This document shows, piece by piece, positions 1-10,072 of a DNA stretch of 61,562 nt; the stretch's first letter is position 1; each line of letters opens with the position of its first letter. The notes under the pieces were generated by a model. The model worked only from the letters and a program-made list of their open reading frames with translations. It was not told where the DNA came from and ran no database searches. Location of the stretch: contig CAZFVA010000014.1 in the NCBI GenBank assembly GCA_964522105.1, positions 22,677-84,238 of the forward strand. Reading direction: 5' to 3'. The stretch is from an uncultured Anaeromyxobacteraceae bacterium (GTDB lineage: Bacteria; Myxococcota_A; UBA9042; DTJE01). Both the position numbers and the translations under genes were made by a program.

Positions 1-1514
1 AGCCGACCGGGTGCGCCTGCGTTCACTGACGTCATCGTTTCGGTAAGTGTCAGGTAGGGAACGTCGTCGCCGTCAACAAGCCCGAAATTCGAGTTTTCCC
101 CGTCAAAGCGGCCGCCTGCCGGTTCGTCCGCCCACTGAAACCAGTGATGTCCGACGATGTAAGGTTTGGCAAAGCAGTTGCGGGCGTATTCTGCGTAAGC
201 GGCGGCGCGTTCAGTCTGTGTCGGCAGTGTCGGGTAGAAGATTGGCGTGGTGTTCGGGACGTCGCTTTCGGCCGACCTGAATGAAAATTCGGTGATCATG
301 ATCGGCCGCCCGGTCGCCTTGTAGTAGTTTACCAGCCAGTTCGATTCGTCCATGAAGATCTGCCCGGCCCCGTCGATTGCGTCGTAAAGTTCCGGCATGA
401 ATGTGTAGTTGTTGACTGAATATATATCTACCCATGGGCCTGCGGCTTCGGGGACTTCGGGATGTGTCATGACGCTGATGGACCGGATGCCCAGGATCAT
501 GTGATTCGGGTCGGCGGCGCGTACGGCAGTCGTTGTAACGAAGAAATACTGCGATGCAACAGCCTTCAGGAACCCGGTCGGGTCGCCACGGTAGGCTTCG
601 GCGATCTTGCGCCCCGGCGTCGTTTCCGGCATCGCCAGATAATCTTGAAGCAGAGTCCATGGCGAACGCCAGTCCCAGCCCCAGCGCAGCTCGTTGTCCA
701 GGAACCAGCCGATCAGTTTCGGGTCGTCTTTCCTGGCCGCGACCTGGGTCCTGGCGACTTCGGCGCACCTGGCCGCAAATTCGGCGGAAAAGTAGTCCGG
801 GATTTCGCCGACCAGCCAGTCCACGCCCGAAATGTTAAGAATCAGCGCATAGGGCATTCTGGTGCCAAGCAGGTTCGGGTCAGACCAGGCGCCGGCCGTG
901 TTGAAGCCCCAGGATTGCAGGCGTTCAACGGTAGTGTCGGCCCATGCTTCATAGTTGGCATAGTTGGCTTTCACCGCATCGTTGTAGCGGTTTTTGCCGT
1001 TTGAAGCGTCAACCGAGCCGTTTGCCGTGCATGCGTTGATGCCGATCGAGTAAAACGGGTTGCCTTCCGGGTCCACAATCCACCAGCGGCCATCGTTTGT
1101 CTGGACGTGGAAGAAGCCGGTCGCCGTAAAATCGCTGCCTTCAGGAATCGCAGGCGGCACGTATGTGTCGGCAGGGCCTTCGTCTGGCACGGCATCCACA
1201 GCGTCATCAGCGTCCGGGTTCGCGTCAACGATGGTTTCATCGTCGTCGAGGTCCTGTGGGACGTCTGCGTTCAGATCCGAAGGCACATCGCCGGCATCGC
1301 CCACCTGGACGTCGGAACTTGTGTCGGTCGTCGGCCGTTCGTCCGAACCGGTGTCAGTCTGTTGCGGGACGTCCGCAGCGGTATCGCTTACTGTGTCCTG
1401 GGAAATTTCCGTCGTGCCGTTGTCTTCAAGCGCGTCCTGACCGTTTTCGCCGCCACATGCGACAAGACCGCTCAGGATTGCGGCAGTCGCCATCAGAAGG
1501 ATAGGTTGTTTCAT
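1..1514 (-). CDS. GH50/beta-agarase-like (clan GH-A) glycoside hydrolase lipoprotein; runs off the left window edge, so absent from the ORF track
   Basis: Hand translation from ATG at 1514: MKQPILLMATAAILSGLVAC (lipobox), Asp-rich linker, then DGRWWIVDPEG, GWFLDNELRWG (acid/base Glu), MITEF (nucleophile Glu) and FQWADEP..GRFDGENSNFGLVD. Frame spot-checked at several points; open to position 3. Confidence 0.75.
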   Translation of the reverse strand, partial: MKQPILLMATAAILSGLVACGGENGQDALEDNGTTEISQDTVSDTAADVPQQTDTGSDERPTTDTSSDVQVGDAGDVPSDLNADVPQDLDDDETIVDANPDADDAVDAVPDEGPADTYVPPAIPEGSDFTATGFFHVQTNDGRWWIVDPEGNPFYSIGINACTANGSVDASNGKNRYNDAVKANYANYEAWADTTVERLQSWGFNTAGAWSDPNLLGTRMPYALILNISGVDWLVGEIPDYFSAEFAARCAEVARTQVAARKDDPKLIGWFLDNELRWGWDWRSPWTLLQDYLAMPETTPGRKIAEAYRGDPTGFLKAVASQYFFVTTTAVRAADPNHMILGIRSISVMTHPEVPEAAGPWVDIYSVNNYTFMPELYDAIDGAGQIFMDESNWLVNYYKATGRPIMITEFSFRSAESDVPNTTPIFYPTLPTQTERAAAYAEYARNCFAKPYIVGHHWFQWADEPAGGRFDGENSNFGLVDGDDVPYLTLTETMTSVNAGAPGR

Positions 1515-1522
1515 TTGTGATT

Positions 1523-4264
1523 TCAGGTCCTTGAGTGAATTGTTGTCCTGCGCCGAATGATGATGAGCCCGCCGAAAGCGACCATCAGAAGCGCCAGTCC
1601 GGCAAATCCGCCTGTCTGTCCGTTCGATGAACATCCGCCCCCGCCACCGCCGCCGGTGCCGTTGTCGGTGGTGTCGATGACATCATTGTTGACGGTGTCA
1701 TGGCCGGGATTCGTGTCGATGCCGACGACCACATCGCGGTCGATGCCGTTGTCGGTGACTGCGGTGTCATTGCCCACAATGACGTCTTCGGTATCCACTT
1801 CGCATCCGCACGGGCAGGTCAGATTTTCCGGGACTACGGTGGTCAGTTCGGTTGACACCCCGACGCCGTTCGTCACGCGGAAGATTATGCCGTCGGTCGG
1901 GGCAAATGTCGGGGAATCGAAAGCCACAGTAAGGCGGCTTGTGAACGGAGTTTCGCCCGGCGCTTCGGTGTACACCACTTCGTTCCACTCGTCGGCGCTG
2001 TCTGTCATGGCCCACGCGACCGCCGCGACCGGACTGACTTCCGACTTCACATAAAGGTTTACGATGAACGGCAGAACGTGCTGATCGCTTCCATCGCAGG
2101 TGTCGCCGGTGGCCTCAAAATCAATGGATTCGATAATCGGCAATGTCGAGTCAATCAGGATGGCATCGCTGACGCCTTCAACGCCAAGCCCGAAGCCGTC
2201 CTTGTACTTCGGGACCAGGTGGATCTTCACGTAAGTCCCGTTTTCGACAGCGGTCGGGAAGCAGACTTCGACCTGATCTTTGGCGTTCTTTTCCATCATC
2301 GGCAGGATTTCCGCGTCGCCATCGGCGTTAGTTACCGTGACCTGGAACCTTTCGGCCTTGTGGAAGTACGCGGCAGCGTTCGTGTTGAATTTGATGCAGT
2401 CGTTGCGGCCGCTTATGCCGCCCGGTATCCATGCCTGTGGCACGACGTGATAGTCACGGGTCGTCCAGACAGTCCTGCTGGCTGCTGCGTTACATTCAAT
2501 TGAGTCTGGCAGGCTGGCATCAACAACTACGAAACCTTCAGGGGGCGTAATCATAAATTCATGGACGCCTGCCGCGACCAGATCAAAAGCTGCATTACCG
2601 TTCAGTGCTGTCGGGACAACCCACTCCTCACCAGCTTCAAATCCACCGACCGCACCCATGCTGACCTGCGCCCCTGCAATCGGGCCGCCTTCCGGGAACG
2701 TCCGGGTGTGCACCATGAACAGGCAGCGGTCGTCGCTGAAAGATGTGACTGGCAACGATGGCGGCCACTTGCCGTATGTCGCGAAGTTGTCGCGGTAGAT
2801 TGCCTGGTTAACCGGCACTTTGCCGCTGGCGATGATCGAGTCCCAGTTGCTTGTCAGCCAGGGACCGGGGTTGTCGTTGGCGTACAGCTCGAAGTAAAAC
2901 CCTTCCACTAATGCCGCACCGACTGTGAAAGTCGTTTCGATCGTGCTTCTTCCTTCCGGGACGCACTTTCTGGGGTCGATGTTCACTGACATCGTCTGCG
3001 AACCTGCCGGTATGTCGAAACTCTGGTCCAGCCCGGGCAGGTCGCCAAGAACGGCAAGCGACACTGTTCCCGCAAAATCATAAGCAGAGTAGAAACGTAC
3101 CCTGAGTTTGAGCTGCCCGCCCATAAGTTCGTCTGAAACAGCCGAGATGGCATGTCCATCCATGTCCATCCATGTCACTTCATCCACAATCAGCCCGGGC
3201 ACCACGTCGTAGATATCAGGCACCATCTGCATGACCGACATAACGTTTCCACTGATGATGGCGCTGGCGTTCCAGCTCGGCCACCCGAGGCTGGCCAGAG
3301 CCAGGTTTTCGGGCGTCTGGTCTTCCAGGAAGGCGCTTACCCGGTCCATAAACCAGAATGAACTGAGGTCGGCAAGGATGGTGTCCTGGTAGATATCCCA
3401 GAAAGACTGTTCGACGACGGCCGAATTCATAGCAGCGTCGACGTTTATGTCGTAGTCGGCTGACCGCGTACCGATGCTGCCTGCAACTTGTTTGATAAGA
3501 TCCCCGGTCAGGAAATTCAGGACGTCGGCAGGTGTTTCGCCCTTCAGGCTGTGAAAGAAGTCCTTGAACTCCTGCCGGGTAGCGCCGCCGACGTATCCTT
3601 CAACAACGGTGATCTTTTCAAGGACGCTTGCCCATATGGCGTCCGGGTCAGTCGTTGTCCCATAGTAGGCATTCAGTTGATTGACGTACCAGGTGATCGC
3701 TTCGTAGCCGCGATCCTGGGCCTCTTCACCATCAAAATAGATGTCGTACGCCATGTCGATAAGCGCGTCCCAGTCGCCGACAATCACATCTCCGATGACC
3801 TCGGTCAGACCTTCGGACATGCCCTTCGCGTCGGAATATCCGTCCAGCAGGTTCAGCATTCCGAGCGGCGCGGAAGACACCAGCGTCGGGGTCCAGAATT
3901 GTTCGCAAAGCGGGTCGGAAGATGAATTGTGCAGCAGGTGGCCGATTGCCATGACCAGAAAGCGGGGTTCCAATGTCAGGGCCTGTTCGATCAGGAAAAG
4001 TGAAAAATCCGAGCCGTGTCCCTGATGTACAGGCAGTATCCACTGGATGTCCGGGGCGATGGCGCCGACGTGCAGGTATGTTTCGAAGTACGGCGTGTCC
4101 CCGAGGTACGCAAAATCAGGATGCTGTTCCACCAGCATCGGCCACAGGCGGTCAGATTCACGGATATGAACACCCGGGCCGCAGGGCAGGGCGCTTGCAG
4201 GAATCATGATGGCAAAGCAAAGCGCGATCGCGGCGCAGGTCAGTTTTGCTGGGGATCTGGACAT
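1523..4264 (-). CDS. Secreted multidomain protein: N-terminal Zn-dependent phospholipase C-like domain and C-terminal MYXO-CTERM-type sorting signal
   Basis: Signal peptide; CGPGVH, GAIAPD and GHLLHNSSSD resemble Zn_dep_PLPC metal ligands. C-terminus is Asp/Thr-rich linker, Gly run, Cys, hydrophobic helix, RRR. Confidence 0.65.
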   Translation of the reverse strand: MSRSPAKLTCAAIALCFAIMIPASALPCGPGVHIRESDRLWPMLVEQHPDFAYLGDTPYFETYLHVGAIAPDIQWILPVHQGHGSDFSLFLIEQALTLEPRFLVMAIGHLLHNSSSDPLCEQFWTPTLVSSAPLGMLNLLDGYSDAKGMSEGLTEVIGDVIVGDWDALIDMAYDIYFDGEEAQDRGYEAITWYVNQLNAYYGTTTDPDAIWASVLEKITVVEGYVGGATRQEFKDFFHSLKGETPADVLNFLTGDLIKQVAGSIGTRSADYDINVDAAMNSAVVEQSFWDIYQDTILADLSSFWFMDRVSAFLEDQTPENLALASLGWPSWNASAIISGNVMSVMQMVPDIYDVVPGLIVDEVTWMDMDGHAISAVSDELMGGQLKLRVRFYSAYDFAGTVSLAVLGDLPGLDQSFDIPAGSQTMSVNIDPRKCVPEGRSTIETTFTVGAALVEGFYFELYANDNPGPWLTSNWDSIIASGKVPVNQAIYRDNFATYGKWPPSLPVTSFSDDRCLFMVHTRTFPEGGPIAGAQVSMGAVGGFEAGEEWVVPTALNGNAAFDLVAAGVHEFMITPPEGFVVVDASLPDSIECNAAASRTVWTTRDYHVVPQAWIPGGISGRNDCIKFNTNAAAYFHKAERFQVTVTNADGDAEILPMMEKNAKDQVEVCFPTAVENGTYVKIHLVPKYKDGFGLGVEGVSDAILIDSTLPIIESIDFEATGDTCDGSDQHVLPFIVNLYVKSEVSPVAAVAWAMTDSADEWNEVVYTEAPGETPFTSRLTVAFDSPTFAPTDGIIFRVTNGVGVSTELTTVVPENLTCPCGCEVDTEDVIVGNDTAVTDNGIDRDVVVGIDTNPGHDTVNNDVIDTTDNGTGGGGGGGCSSNGQTGGFAGLALLMVAFGGLIIIRRRTTIHSRT

Positions 4265-4493
4265 CTGGTTTCCTCATGAAAAGAAGGCCGACGGGACATT
4301 ATATATGAAGGCGGATTCTGACACACGGCGTCAGTTGTTGATTTTGTGTGTGGATTCAGTGAGCCTGCTGATGACAGCGGATCGGCCGTTTATCCCGTTT
4401 TCCTGTGCCGGTCATGTGAAAAAAATGGCCGGATCGTCTAGAATATGAGCGGTTTTTCCTGAAAAGAACCTTCATTGATGCGGGGAATGGATC

Positions 4494-5444
4494 GTGAACA
4501 GGATTTCTGGCTTTGCAATGTGGCTGGTTCTTCCGGCCGGACTGGTCGTTATGGGTTGTGGCAACGGTGGCCATTCTACTGATGTGATGCAGGACGTCTT
4601 CATACCGTTTGCAGACAGTGGAAACGATGTTGCCGGCGTTGATCTGGTCGGAATTGATATTGCAGGAGCTGATCTGGTGGTGCATGACAATGGCGGTTCG
4701 GACGTTATAGCGCAGGACATCGCAGGTCAGGACACGCAGACTGCTGATTCCACCGGGACCGACCTTGCGGTGGAAGATGTTGCGGTTGAAGACACCGTTC
4801 AGGCAGATACCGCAACGCCTTGCTGGCTGGGTGAAATGCAGTGCAGTGGACCTGCAGAACAGAAAGATGGCAAGACGTGTGACAAGGCAAAGATTTTGAC
4901 CAGGGTGATGCTGGCGACTGATAACGGCATCAAGTACGGAAACCCTGACACAATCAATGAACTTAACGGTGGAACTGGAAACGCCAACGATGACGATCTC
5001 AGCGATCAAGGTTGTCCGCTATTCGGCGAAGGCGACGACCTCTGGTGCAAGGACGCCTGTGCCGACCCGGGTAAGGACCATTTTTATCAGGTCTATCTTC
5101 TGCCGGGGGACTATTTCAGCCTGAACGTCAGCGACTACCTGATTTTTCAGCACCCTGATTATGGCTACCATATTGATTTCATGCTGAAGGTCTATAAAGG
5201 TCAGTGTCCGTTAAACCGGGACAAGCTTGTTTCGTGTACAAATGCTGAAGATAAAAGCAGTGTGGCAACCACAAACAATATTCAGATTAAGCCGTTGACC
5301 GAGGCCGAGGCCGGTTGGTACACGATCGTTGTTGACAGCTCTGATATTGAAGAAGCTGGAACTTATACACTTACGGCCCTTTTGTTCAGTAACTCCGAGT
5401 ACACAGGCGACTGGTCGCTGTGCTGCGATTTCCCGACGAATTAG
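4494..5444 (+). CDS. Lipoprotein with Asp-rich tether and Cys-containing, possibly PPC-like beta-sandwich C-terminal domain
   Basis: GTG start; LVVMGC lipobox; D-x-x repeats; DHFYQVYLLPGD and YTIVVDS..GTYTL resemble prepeptidase C-terminal domain motifs. Confidence 0.55.
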   Translation: MNRISGFAMWLVLPAGLVVMGCGNGGHSTDVMQDVFIPFADSGNDVAGVDLVGIDIAGADLVVHDNGGSDVIAQDIAGQDTQTADSTGTDLAVEDVAVEDTVQADTATPCWLGEMQCSGPAEQKDGKTCDKAKILTRVMLATDNGIKYGNPDTINELNGGTGNANDDDLSDQGCPLFGEGDDLWCKDACADPGKDHFYQVYLLPGDYFSLNVSDYLIFQHPDYGYHIDFMLKVYKGQCPLNRDKLVSCTNAEDKSSVATTNNIQIKPLTEAEAGWYTIVVDSSDIEEAGTYTLTALLFSNSEYTGDWSLCCDFPTN

Positions 5445-5474
5445 ACGTGGCGTCCGACTCACGAGGTTGTATTG

Positions 5475-7118
5475 ATGGCAGTTCACCTACTTGCCGGGAG
5501 GCCGGTTCCGGACTCGCTTGTTGACGATATTTCCGCGCTTACAGGCGCGTATTTCAGTGTACGGCCCGACCCGCAGAACCAGGCGCAGCTTGTGTCCTTC
5601 GGGACGTCGGGGCATCGTGGCTGCTCGCTTAACGGGACGTTTAATGAAGACCACGTTCTGGCGGTCACGCAGGCGATGTGCGAGTACCGCAAGGGTCGCG
5701 GGATAACCGGGCCGCTGTTCATCGGGATGGACACGCACGCGCTGTCTGCGCCGGCACATGTCACTGCGATCGAGGTCATGGCCGCCAACGGTGTTCAGGT
5801 CAGGTTTGCTGAAGGCAATCTGGTCACGCCGACCCCGGCAGTTTCACACGCGATTTTGACGTGGAATCGGGGACGTACAACGGACCTGGCTGATGGCGTT
5901 GTCATTACGCCTTCGCATAATCCGCCGTCAAACGGCGGCTTCAAGTACAACCCTCCGCACGGTGGACCGGCTGGCGGCGAAGAAACCGGCGCGATTCAGA
6001 AGCGCGCAAACCAGATTCTGCAGGACGGCCTTCGTGACGTGATGCGGCTGCCATATCAGGCGGCGTTGCAGGCCGAATGTGTCAGGCCGTACGATTTCAT
6101 CACCGCGTATGTAGCCGATCTTAAACATATTATCAGGCTTGATACGATTCGCGGCGCCGGGTTGAAGCTGGGCGTTGATCCTCTGGGCGGGGCGTCGCTG
6201 CCCTACTGGGAAAGGATTAATGACGTTTACGGCCTGGACCTGGACATCGTAAATCCGGTTATTGACCCGACGTTCAAGTTCATGCGGCTTGACCATGATG
6301 GCAAGATTCGTATGGATTGTTCGTCGCCATACGCGATGGCCGGGCTGATCGAGTACCGCGACAAATTCGACGTGGCGTTTGGAAATGACCCTGATTCGGA
6401 TCGTCACGGGATTGTGACGCGGTCGGCGGGATTGATGGCCCCGAATGCGTATCTGGCCGTGGCCATTGAGTATTTGTTTGGTAACAGGCCGGGCTGGCCC
6501 GCGACTGCGGCCATCGGCAAGACGCTCGTTTCAAGTTCGATTATTGACAGGGTCGGGGCCGAAATCGGTCGCCGCGTTGTTGAAGTCCCGGTCGGGTTCA
6601 AGTGGTTTGTGGACGGGTTGATCGATTCGTCGTTCGGTTTTGGTGGCGAAGAGAGTGCCGGGGCGTCTTTCCTGCGCCTGGATGGAACTGTCTGGACGAC
6701 TGACAAGGACGGGATTATTGCCGACCTGCTGGCCGCAGAAATTCTGGCCGTGACCGGGCGCGATCCTGGCGACCTGTACGCCGACATGGAACGCCGGTTC
6801 GGGCGGTCTTACTACACGCGCATTGATTCACCTGCCGATGCCGCGTCGCGGAAGATCCTGGGTAATTTGACGCCGGAAATGGTTGCCGCACAGGAGCTGG
6901 CCGGGGAACCGATTGTGGCCCGTCTGACAAGGGCGCCCGGTAACGATGCGCCGATCGGTGGCCTGAAGGTTGTCACGCCAGATGGCTGGTTTGCGGCCCG
7001 ACCGTCCGGCACAGAAGACATCTACAAAATCTACGCCGAAAGCCTGAAAAGCCAGTCACACCTTGACGCCATCCTGTCCGATGCCCGTGTCATCGTCGAC
7101 GCCGCCCTTGCACGGTAA
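5475..7118 (+). CDS. pgm: Phosphoglucomutase (alpha-D-glucose-1,6-bisphosphate dependent)
   Basis: [16 protein letters not shown] phosphoserine loop, DPDSDRHG metal loop, GEESAG, RPSGTED. ATG at 5475 lies 8 nt after GAGG. Confidence 0.96.
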   Translation: MAVHLLAGRPVPDSLVDDISALTGAYFSVRPDPQNQAQLVSFGTSGHRGCSLNGTFNEDHVLAVTQAMCEYRKGRGITGPLFIGMDTHALSAPAHVTAIEVMAANGVQVRFAEGNLVTPTPAVSHAILTWNRGRTTDLADGVVITPSHNPPSNGGFKYNPPHGGPAGGEETGAIQKRANQILQDGLRDVMRLPYQAALQAECVRPYDFITAYVADLKHIIRLDTIRGAGLKLGVDPLGGASLPYWERINDVYGLDLDIVNPVIDPTFKFMRLDHDGKIRMDCSSPYAMAGLIEYRDKFDVAFGNDPDSDRHGIVTRSAGLMAPNAYLAVAIEYLFGNRPGWPATAAIGKTLVSSSIIDRVGAEIGRRVVEVPVGFKWFVDGLIDSSFGFGGEESAGASFLRLDGTVWTTDKDGIIADLLAAEILAVTGRDPGDLYADMERRFGRSYYTRIDSPADAASRKILGNLTPEMVAAQELAGEPIVARLTRAPGNDAPIGGLKVVTPDGWFAARPSGTEDIYKIYAESLKSQSHLDAILSDARVIVDAALAR

Positions 7119-7186
7119 AAAACCGGTGTCGCATCCAATTGTGTTTATGTGCTAACCTTTCGCCACCAATTTTCCGGGGTATTGAC

Positions 7187-7582
7187 GTGAAAGGGTTCAT
7201 CGTTTTTGCAATGATTTTTGCGGTCGCGGTCATCGGTTGTACAAAACAGGCCAGGCCTGACAATTGCGGCGAAGGCGACGCCATGGCTTCCTGCTGGTAT
7301 GCAACGGGCTGCTGGGATGCCAGGTGCGGCGAGATGAATGACAACGGCGTCTGCTTCACGTCCGACGGTGAAGAAAACATGAAGATGGCCTGCGAAAAGC
7401 AGAGCAAGGGCGTCTTCTACTTCAAATGCCCGTGTCCGCACTTGAATGCCATCGGCGGTTGTGAAAACGGCCAGCTTTCAGATCGTGTAGTCACAACGTG
7501 GATTTACGGTAAAGGTATGACGCCTGACGAATACCAGAAAGTCTGCGAAACGTCGGCCTACAACACGTTCATCAACCCGTAG
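7187..7582 (+). CDS. Small Cys-rich lipoprotein, unknown function
   Basis: Start moved to GTG at 7187 (VKGFIVFAMIFAVAVIGC lipobox); many Cys in a short mature part. Confidence 0.6.
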   Translation: MKGFIVFAMIFAVAVIGCTKQARPDNCGEGDAMASCWYATGCWDARCGEMNDNGVCFTSDGEENMKMACEKQSKGVFYFKCPCPHLNAIGGCENGQLSDRVVTTWIYGKGMTPDEYQKVCETSAYNTFINP

Positions 7583-7586
7583 CCTT

Positions 7587-8525
7587 TCATTTTTCAGGCT
7601 GGTCGGGAAACTTCACCGTACGTCCGCCCAGGTCGCAGCACACCGGGATTCCGTGGTCGCATGCGATGCCGGCAAGCTCGACGGCGCGGTCTTTGTTGCC
7701 AAGTCTTTTCTGATTGTCAGCACTTCGGCACATAAGGTCCCAGTGAAGCGGATCCGATTCGGGCACGTCTGCAAAAAGTCGTTCAATCTCTTCGCCATAT
7801 GCGTTCTTGTTGCCAAGTTCTGAAAGGGCAATCGCGTGGGCCAGCCTGATAATCACGCTGTCCGGGTTGCATTTCAGCCCTTCCGCCAAAGCTTTTTCAG
7901 CATTTTGAAAGTTCCCGACCGTCATCCATGCCGTTCCAAGTGTGTGCAGCAGAATGTCGGCAGGTCTGGAAAGCTCGACAGCCTTTTTAGCAAGCTCAAG
8001 GCCCTTTTTGTAGTTGCCGGTCATCAGTTCCTGGACTGCCGCCACATTGAATTTCATGGCCTCGGCCGGTATCAGTGCAAATGGCACAGGTATGCAGTTT
8101 GTGCCTTCGCGCCGCACGTTTATATAGACGACGATTTCCTTTCCCGGACATTGAAGGGCGACCTTTTCGATGACGTCATCGCCTTCGGCCATCTTGACGC
8201 CATCGGCGTTGACCCGAAGCTCCGGCATCGTGTCGCGGCTGACCAGAATTGCGGCCGCCCCGCTTTCGCAAAGAAGTCGATTATCAGCAATGTACTTTGA
8301 CAGGCGCATCCCGATTTCAAGCGGCTTTGATGGTTTTGCTCCAACGGCAGGGTCACAAGCGGCTGTCGGGTCGCTGATGAATCCGGGGTCCACGACCGGG
8401 TCGTCCTTAATCTGGGAAAAATTACATCCGATTGTGGCCGCAGTCGTAACTGCCGCCAGAGTCAATAAGACGGTCCGCGCCGCCTGTCCCGCGACGATGT
8501 TTTTAACCAAGTTCTTGATATTCAT
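7587..8525 (-). CDS. TPR-containing lipoprotein
   Basis: TIGC lipobox; helical repeats GLELAKKAVELS / LGTAWMTVGNFQNAEKALAEGLKCNP typical of TPR. Confidence 0.7.
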   Translation of the reverse strand: MNIKNLVKNIVAGQAARTVLLTLAAVTTAATIGCNFSQIKDDPVVDPGFISDPTAACDPAVGAKPSKPLEIGMRLSKYIADNRLLCESGAAAILVSRDTMPELRVNADGVKMAEGDDVIEKVALQCPGKEIVVYINVRREGTNCIPVPFALIPAEAMKFNVAAVQELMTGNYKKGLELAKKAVELSRPADILLHTLGTAWMTVGNFQNAEKALAEGLKCNPDSVIIRLAHAIALSELGNKNAYGEEIERLFADVPESDPLHWDLMCRSADNQKRLGNKDRAVELAGIACDHGIPVCCDLGGRTVKFPDQPEK

Positions 8526-8679
8526 CAGTTCTGTCCCCTGTGCCGGAAGCCTTCACGCAATTGTACTCCCCGCCGCCATACGACCCAAAGTCGGGGCCAT
8601 AAAATCTGGATGACGCCCGATGCACTCGGGTCTTTTCCCGAAAGCCTCAATGGTGCATACTTGGCCTGCTTTGGAAGCT

Positions 8680-8762
8680 GCCGGGGTGGCGGAATGGTAG
8701 ACGCAGGGGACTTAAAATCCCTTGATCGTATGGTCGTGCGGGTTCAAGTCCCGCCCTCGGTA
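8680..8762 (+). tRNA. tRNA-Leu (anticodon UAA), CCA not encoded
   Basis: Acceptor GCCGGGG/CCTCGGT, D-arm TGGCGGAATGGTAGACGCA, anticodon loop CT-TAA-AA (TAA at 8713-8715), long variable arm, GGGTTCAAGTCCC T-arm; discriminator A followed by CTA. Confidence 0.96.
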
Positions 8763-8780
8763 CTAATGGATATTATTGGG

Positions 8781-10022
8781 TTATTTGGCTGGATTGATGC
8801 CCGGTCCCTGGGTCGGTGCGATCAGGCCCTGATGAATCAGCATCAGTTCGGCGGACACCGGTTCGCTGGTGTTTTCATTAAGGATGCCCCAGCCGTCGGG
8901 ACTTGAGTCCCCGTGAAGCATCCACCAGCTCCAGTCCAGGTCCTGGTCGCGGATAAATCCCATGAAGGTGTCAAACCACAGGCTGGCGTCGTCGCCTTTG
9001 TTGAAACACGAGTTGCACAGGCCGAATTCGCCGATCCAGACCGGCGCCGTCGTCGCCAGGCCTTCTTCAAGCACGAAAGCCCAGTTGTTCTGCCAGTTTT
9101 CAATCATGGTTTCCGGTGTTCGACCGTTAAGAAACCATGGATATCCGTGAATTTCATATACCAGCCGGTTCGGCACGCTAAGTTGAATCGGCCATAACCG
9201 CGCGTTATAGATGTCCTGCGAGTAGTTGACGCCTTCGACAAATATCAGCCAGTCCGGCGCAACTTCCAGAACAGCATCGCCGCCCCGTTCAGCGGCCGCC
9301 GCCCAGTCCAATGCGTCCCCGTTGTCGGGACCCCACGTTGTCACAAAGCGAGGTTCGTTACGCAGGTCAGCACCAATAACGGCGGGCTGGTTCTTGTACC
9401 GTGCAGCGATGGTTCGCCAGTCGTTCAGCCAGTTTTCTTCTGGAAACCTTTCGTTGTACCAGAGTGTGTTGTCATCGTCGCTTTTGCAGCAGTAGATGGC
9501 GTCGGAAATGTGGTTGTTCATGATGATCATGATGCCCTCGGCGGCCAGGGCTTCGACCACCGCGTCCATCACTTCCAGCGATGTTTTCCCGATCAGGTCC
9601 GGGTTTGCGGTCAGTTTGTCGGCCGCCACAACCGGGTTCGTCTCGACCAGTTCGTTTGACCACACCAGCCTGATGCTGTTGAATCCCAGTTCATGCAGTT
9701 TGGCCGCGATGACGTGCCTGTCCTGCAGTTGCAGCCCCGACATCGTGAAGTCCGGCCCTTCGCCACGATTCCAGTTGTAACCAGACAATTTTACACGGGT
9801 TCCTTCGGCATCAACTATCCACCGTCCGCTTGTCCGCAGCGGCATCGGTGGCAGCAGGGGATTGACGATGGCGATGTCAGTGGCGATGTCAGTGGTGGTG
9901 TCAGTGGTGGTGTCGGCAATGGCGGTATCGTCAATTGTGTCGAGGCCTTCTGAACTTCCGGCGCACCCGTAAATCATCGCAGATACAACAATCAGACACG
10001 GCAGCAGACGGTGGTTTTTCAT
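8781..10022 (-). CDS. GH5 (cellulase family) glycoside hydrolase lipoprotein
   Basis: MIYGC lipobox; GFNSIRL, DLRNEPR (acid/base), WLIFVEG, YEIHGY, WIGEFG (nucleophile). Confidence 0.9.
   Translation of the reverse strand: MKNHRLLPCLIVVSAMIYGCAGSSEGLDTIDDTAIADTTTDTTTDIATDIAIVNPLLPPMPLRTSGRWIVDAEGTRVKLSGYNWNRGEGPDFTMSGLQLQDRHVIAAKLHELGFNSIRLVWSNELVETNPVVAADKLTANPDLIGKTSLEVMDAVVEALAAEGIMIIMNNHISDAIYCCKSDDDNTLWYNERFPEENWLNDWRTIAARYKNQPAVIGADLRNEPRFVTTWGPDNGDALDWAAAAERGGDAVLEVAPDWLIFVEGVNYSQDIYNARLWPIQLSVPNRLVYEIHGYPWFLNGRTPETMIENWQNNWAFVLEEGLATTAPVWIGEFGLCNSCFNKGDDASLWFDTFMGFIRDQDLDWSWWMLHGDSSPDGWGILNENTSEPVSAELMLIHQGLIAPTQGPGINPAK
9871..9914. repeat. 12-bp tandem repeat (about 4 copies) encoding the DTTT/DIAT linker of the GH5 lipoprotein
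   Basis: gcgatgtcagtg gcgatgtcagtg gtggtgtcagtg gtggtgtc read directly. Confidence 0.85.
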
Positions 10023-10072
10023 CAGGGTGCTCCGGTTTTATCAAAGTAGCAGGACAAACGCAGGTCGCAAAA

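Noticed and set aside
211-1520. Short ORF-track calls in the first 1.5 kb
   Set aside because: They are off-frame or antisense to the edge-truncated GH50-like gene.
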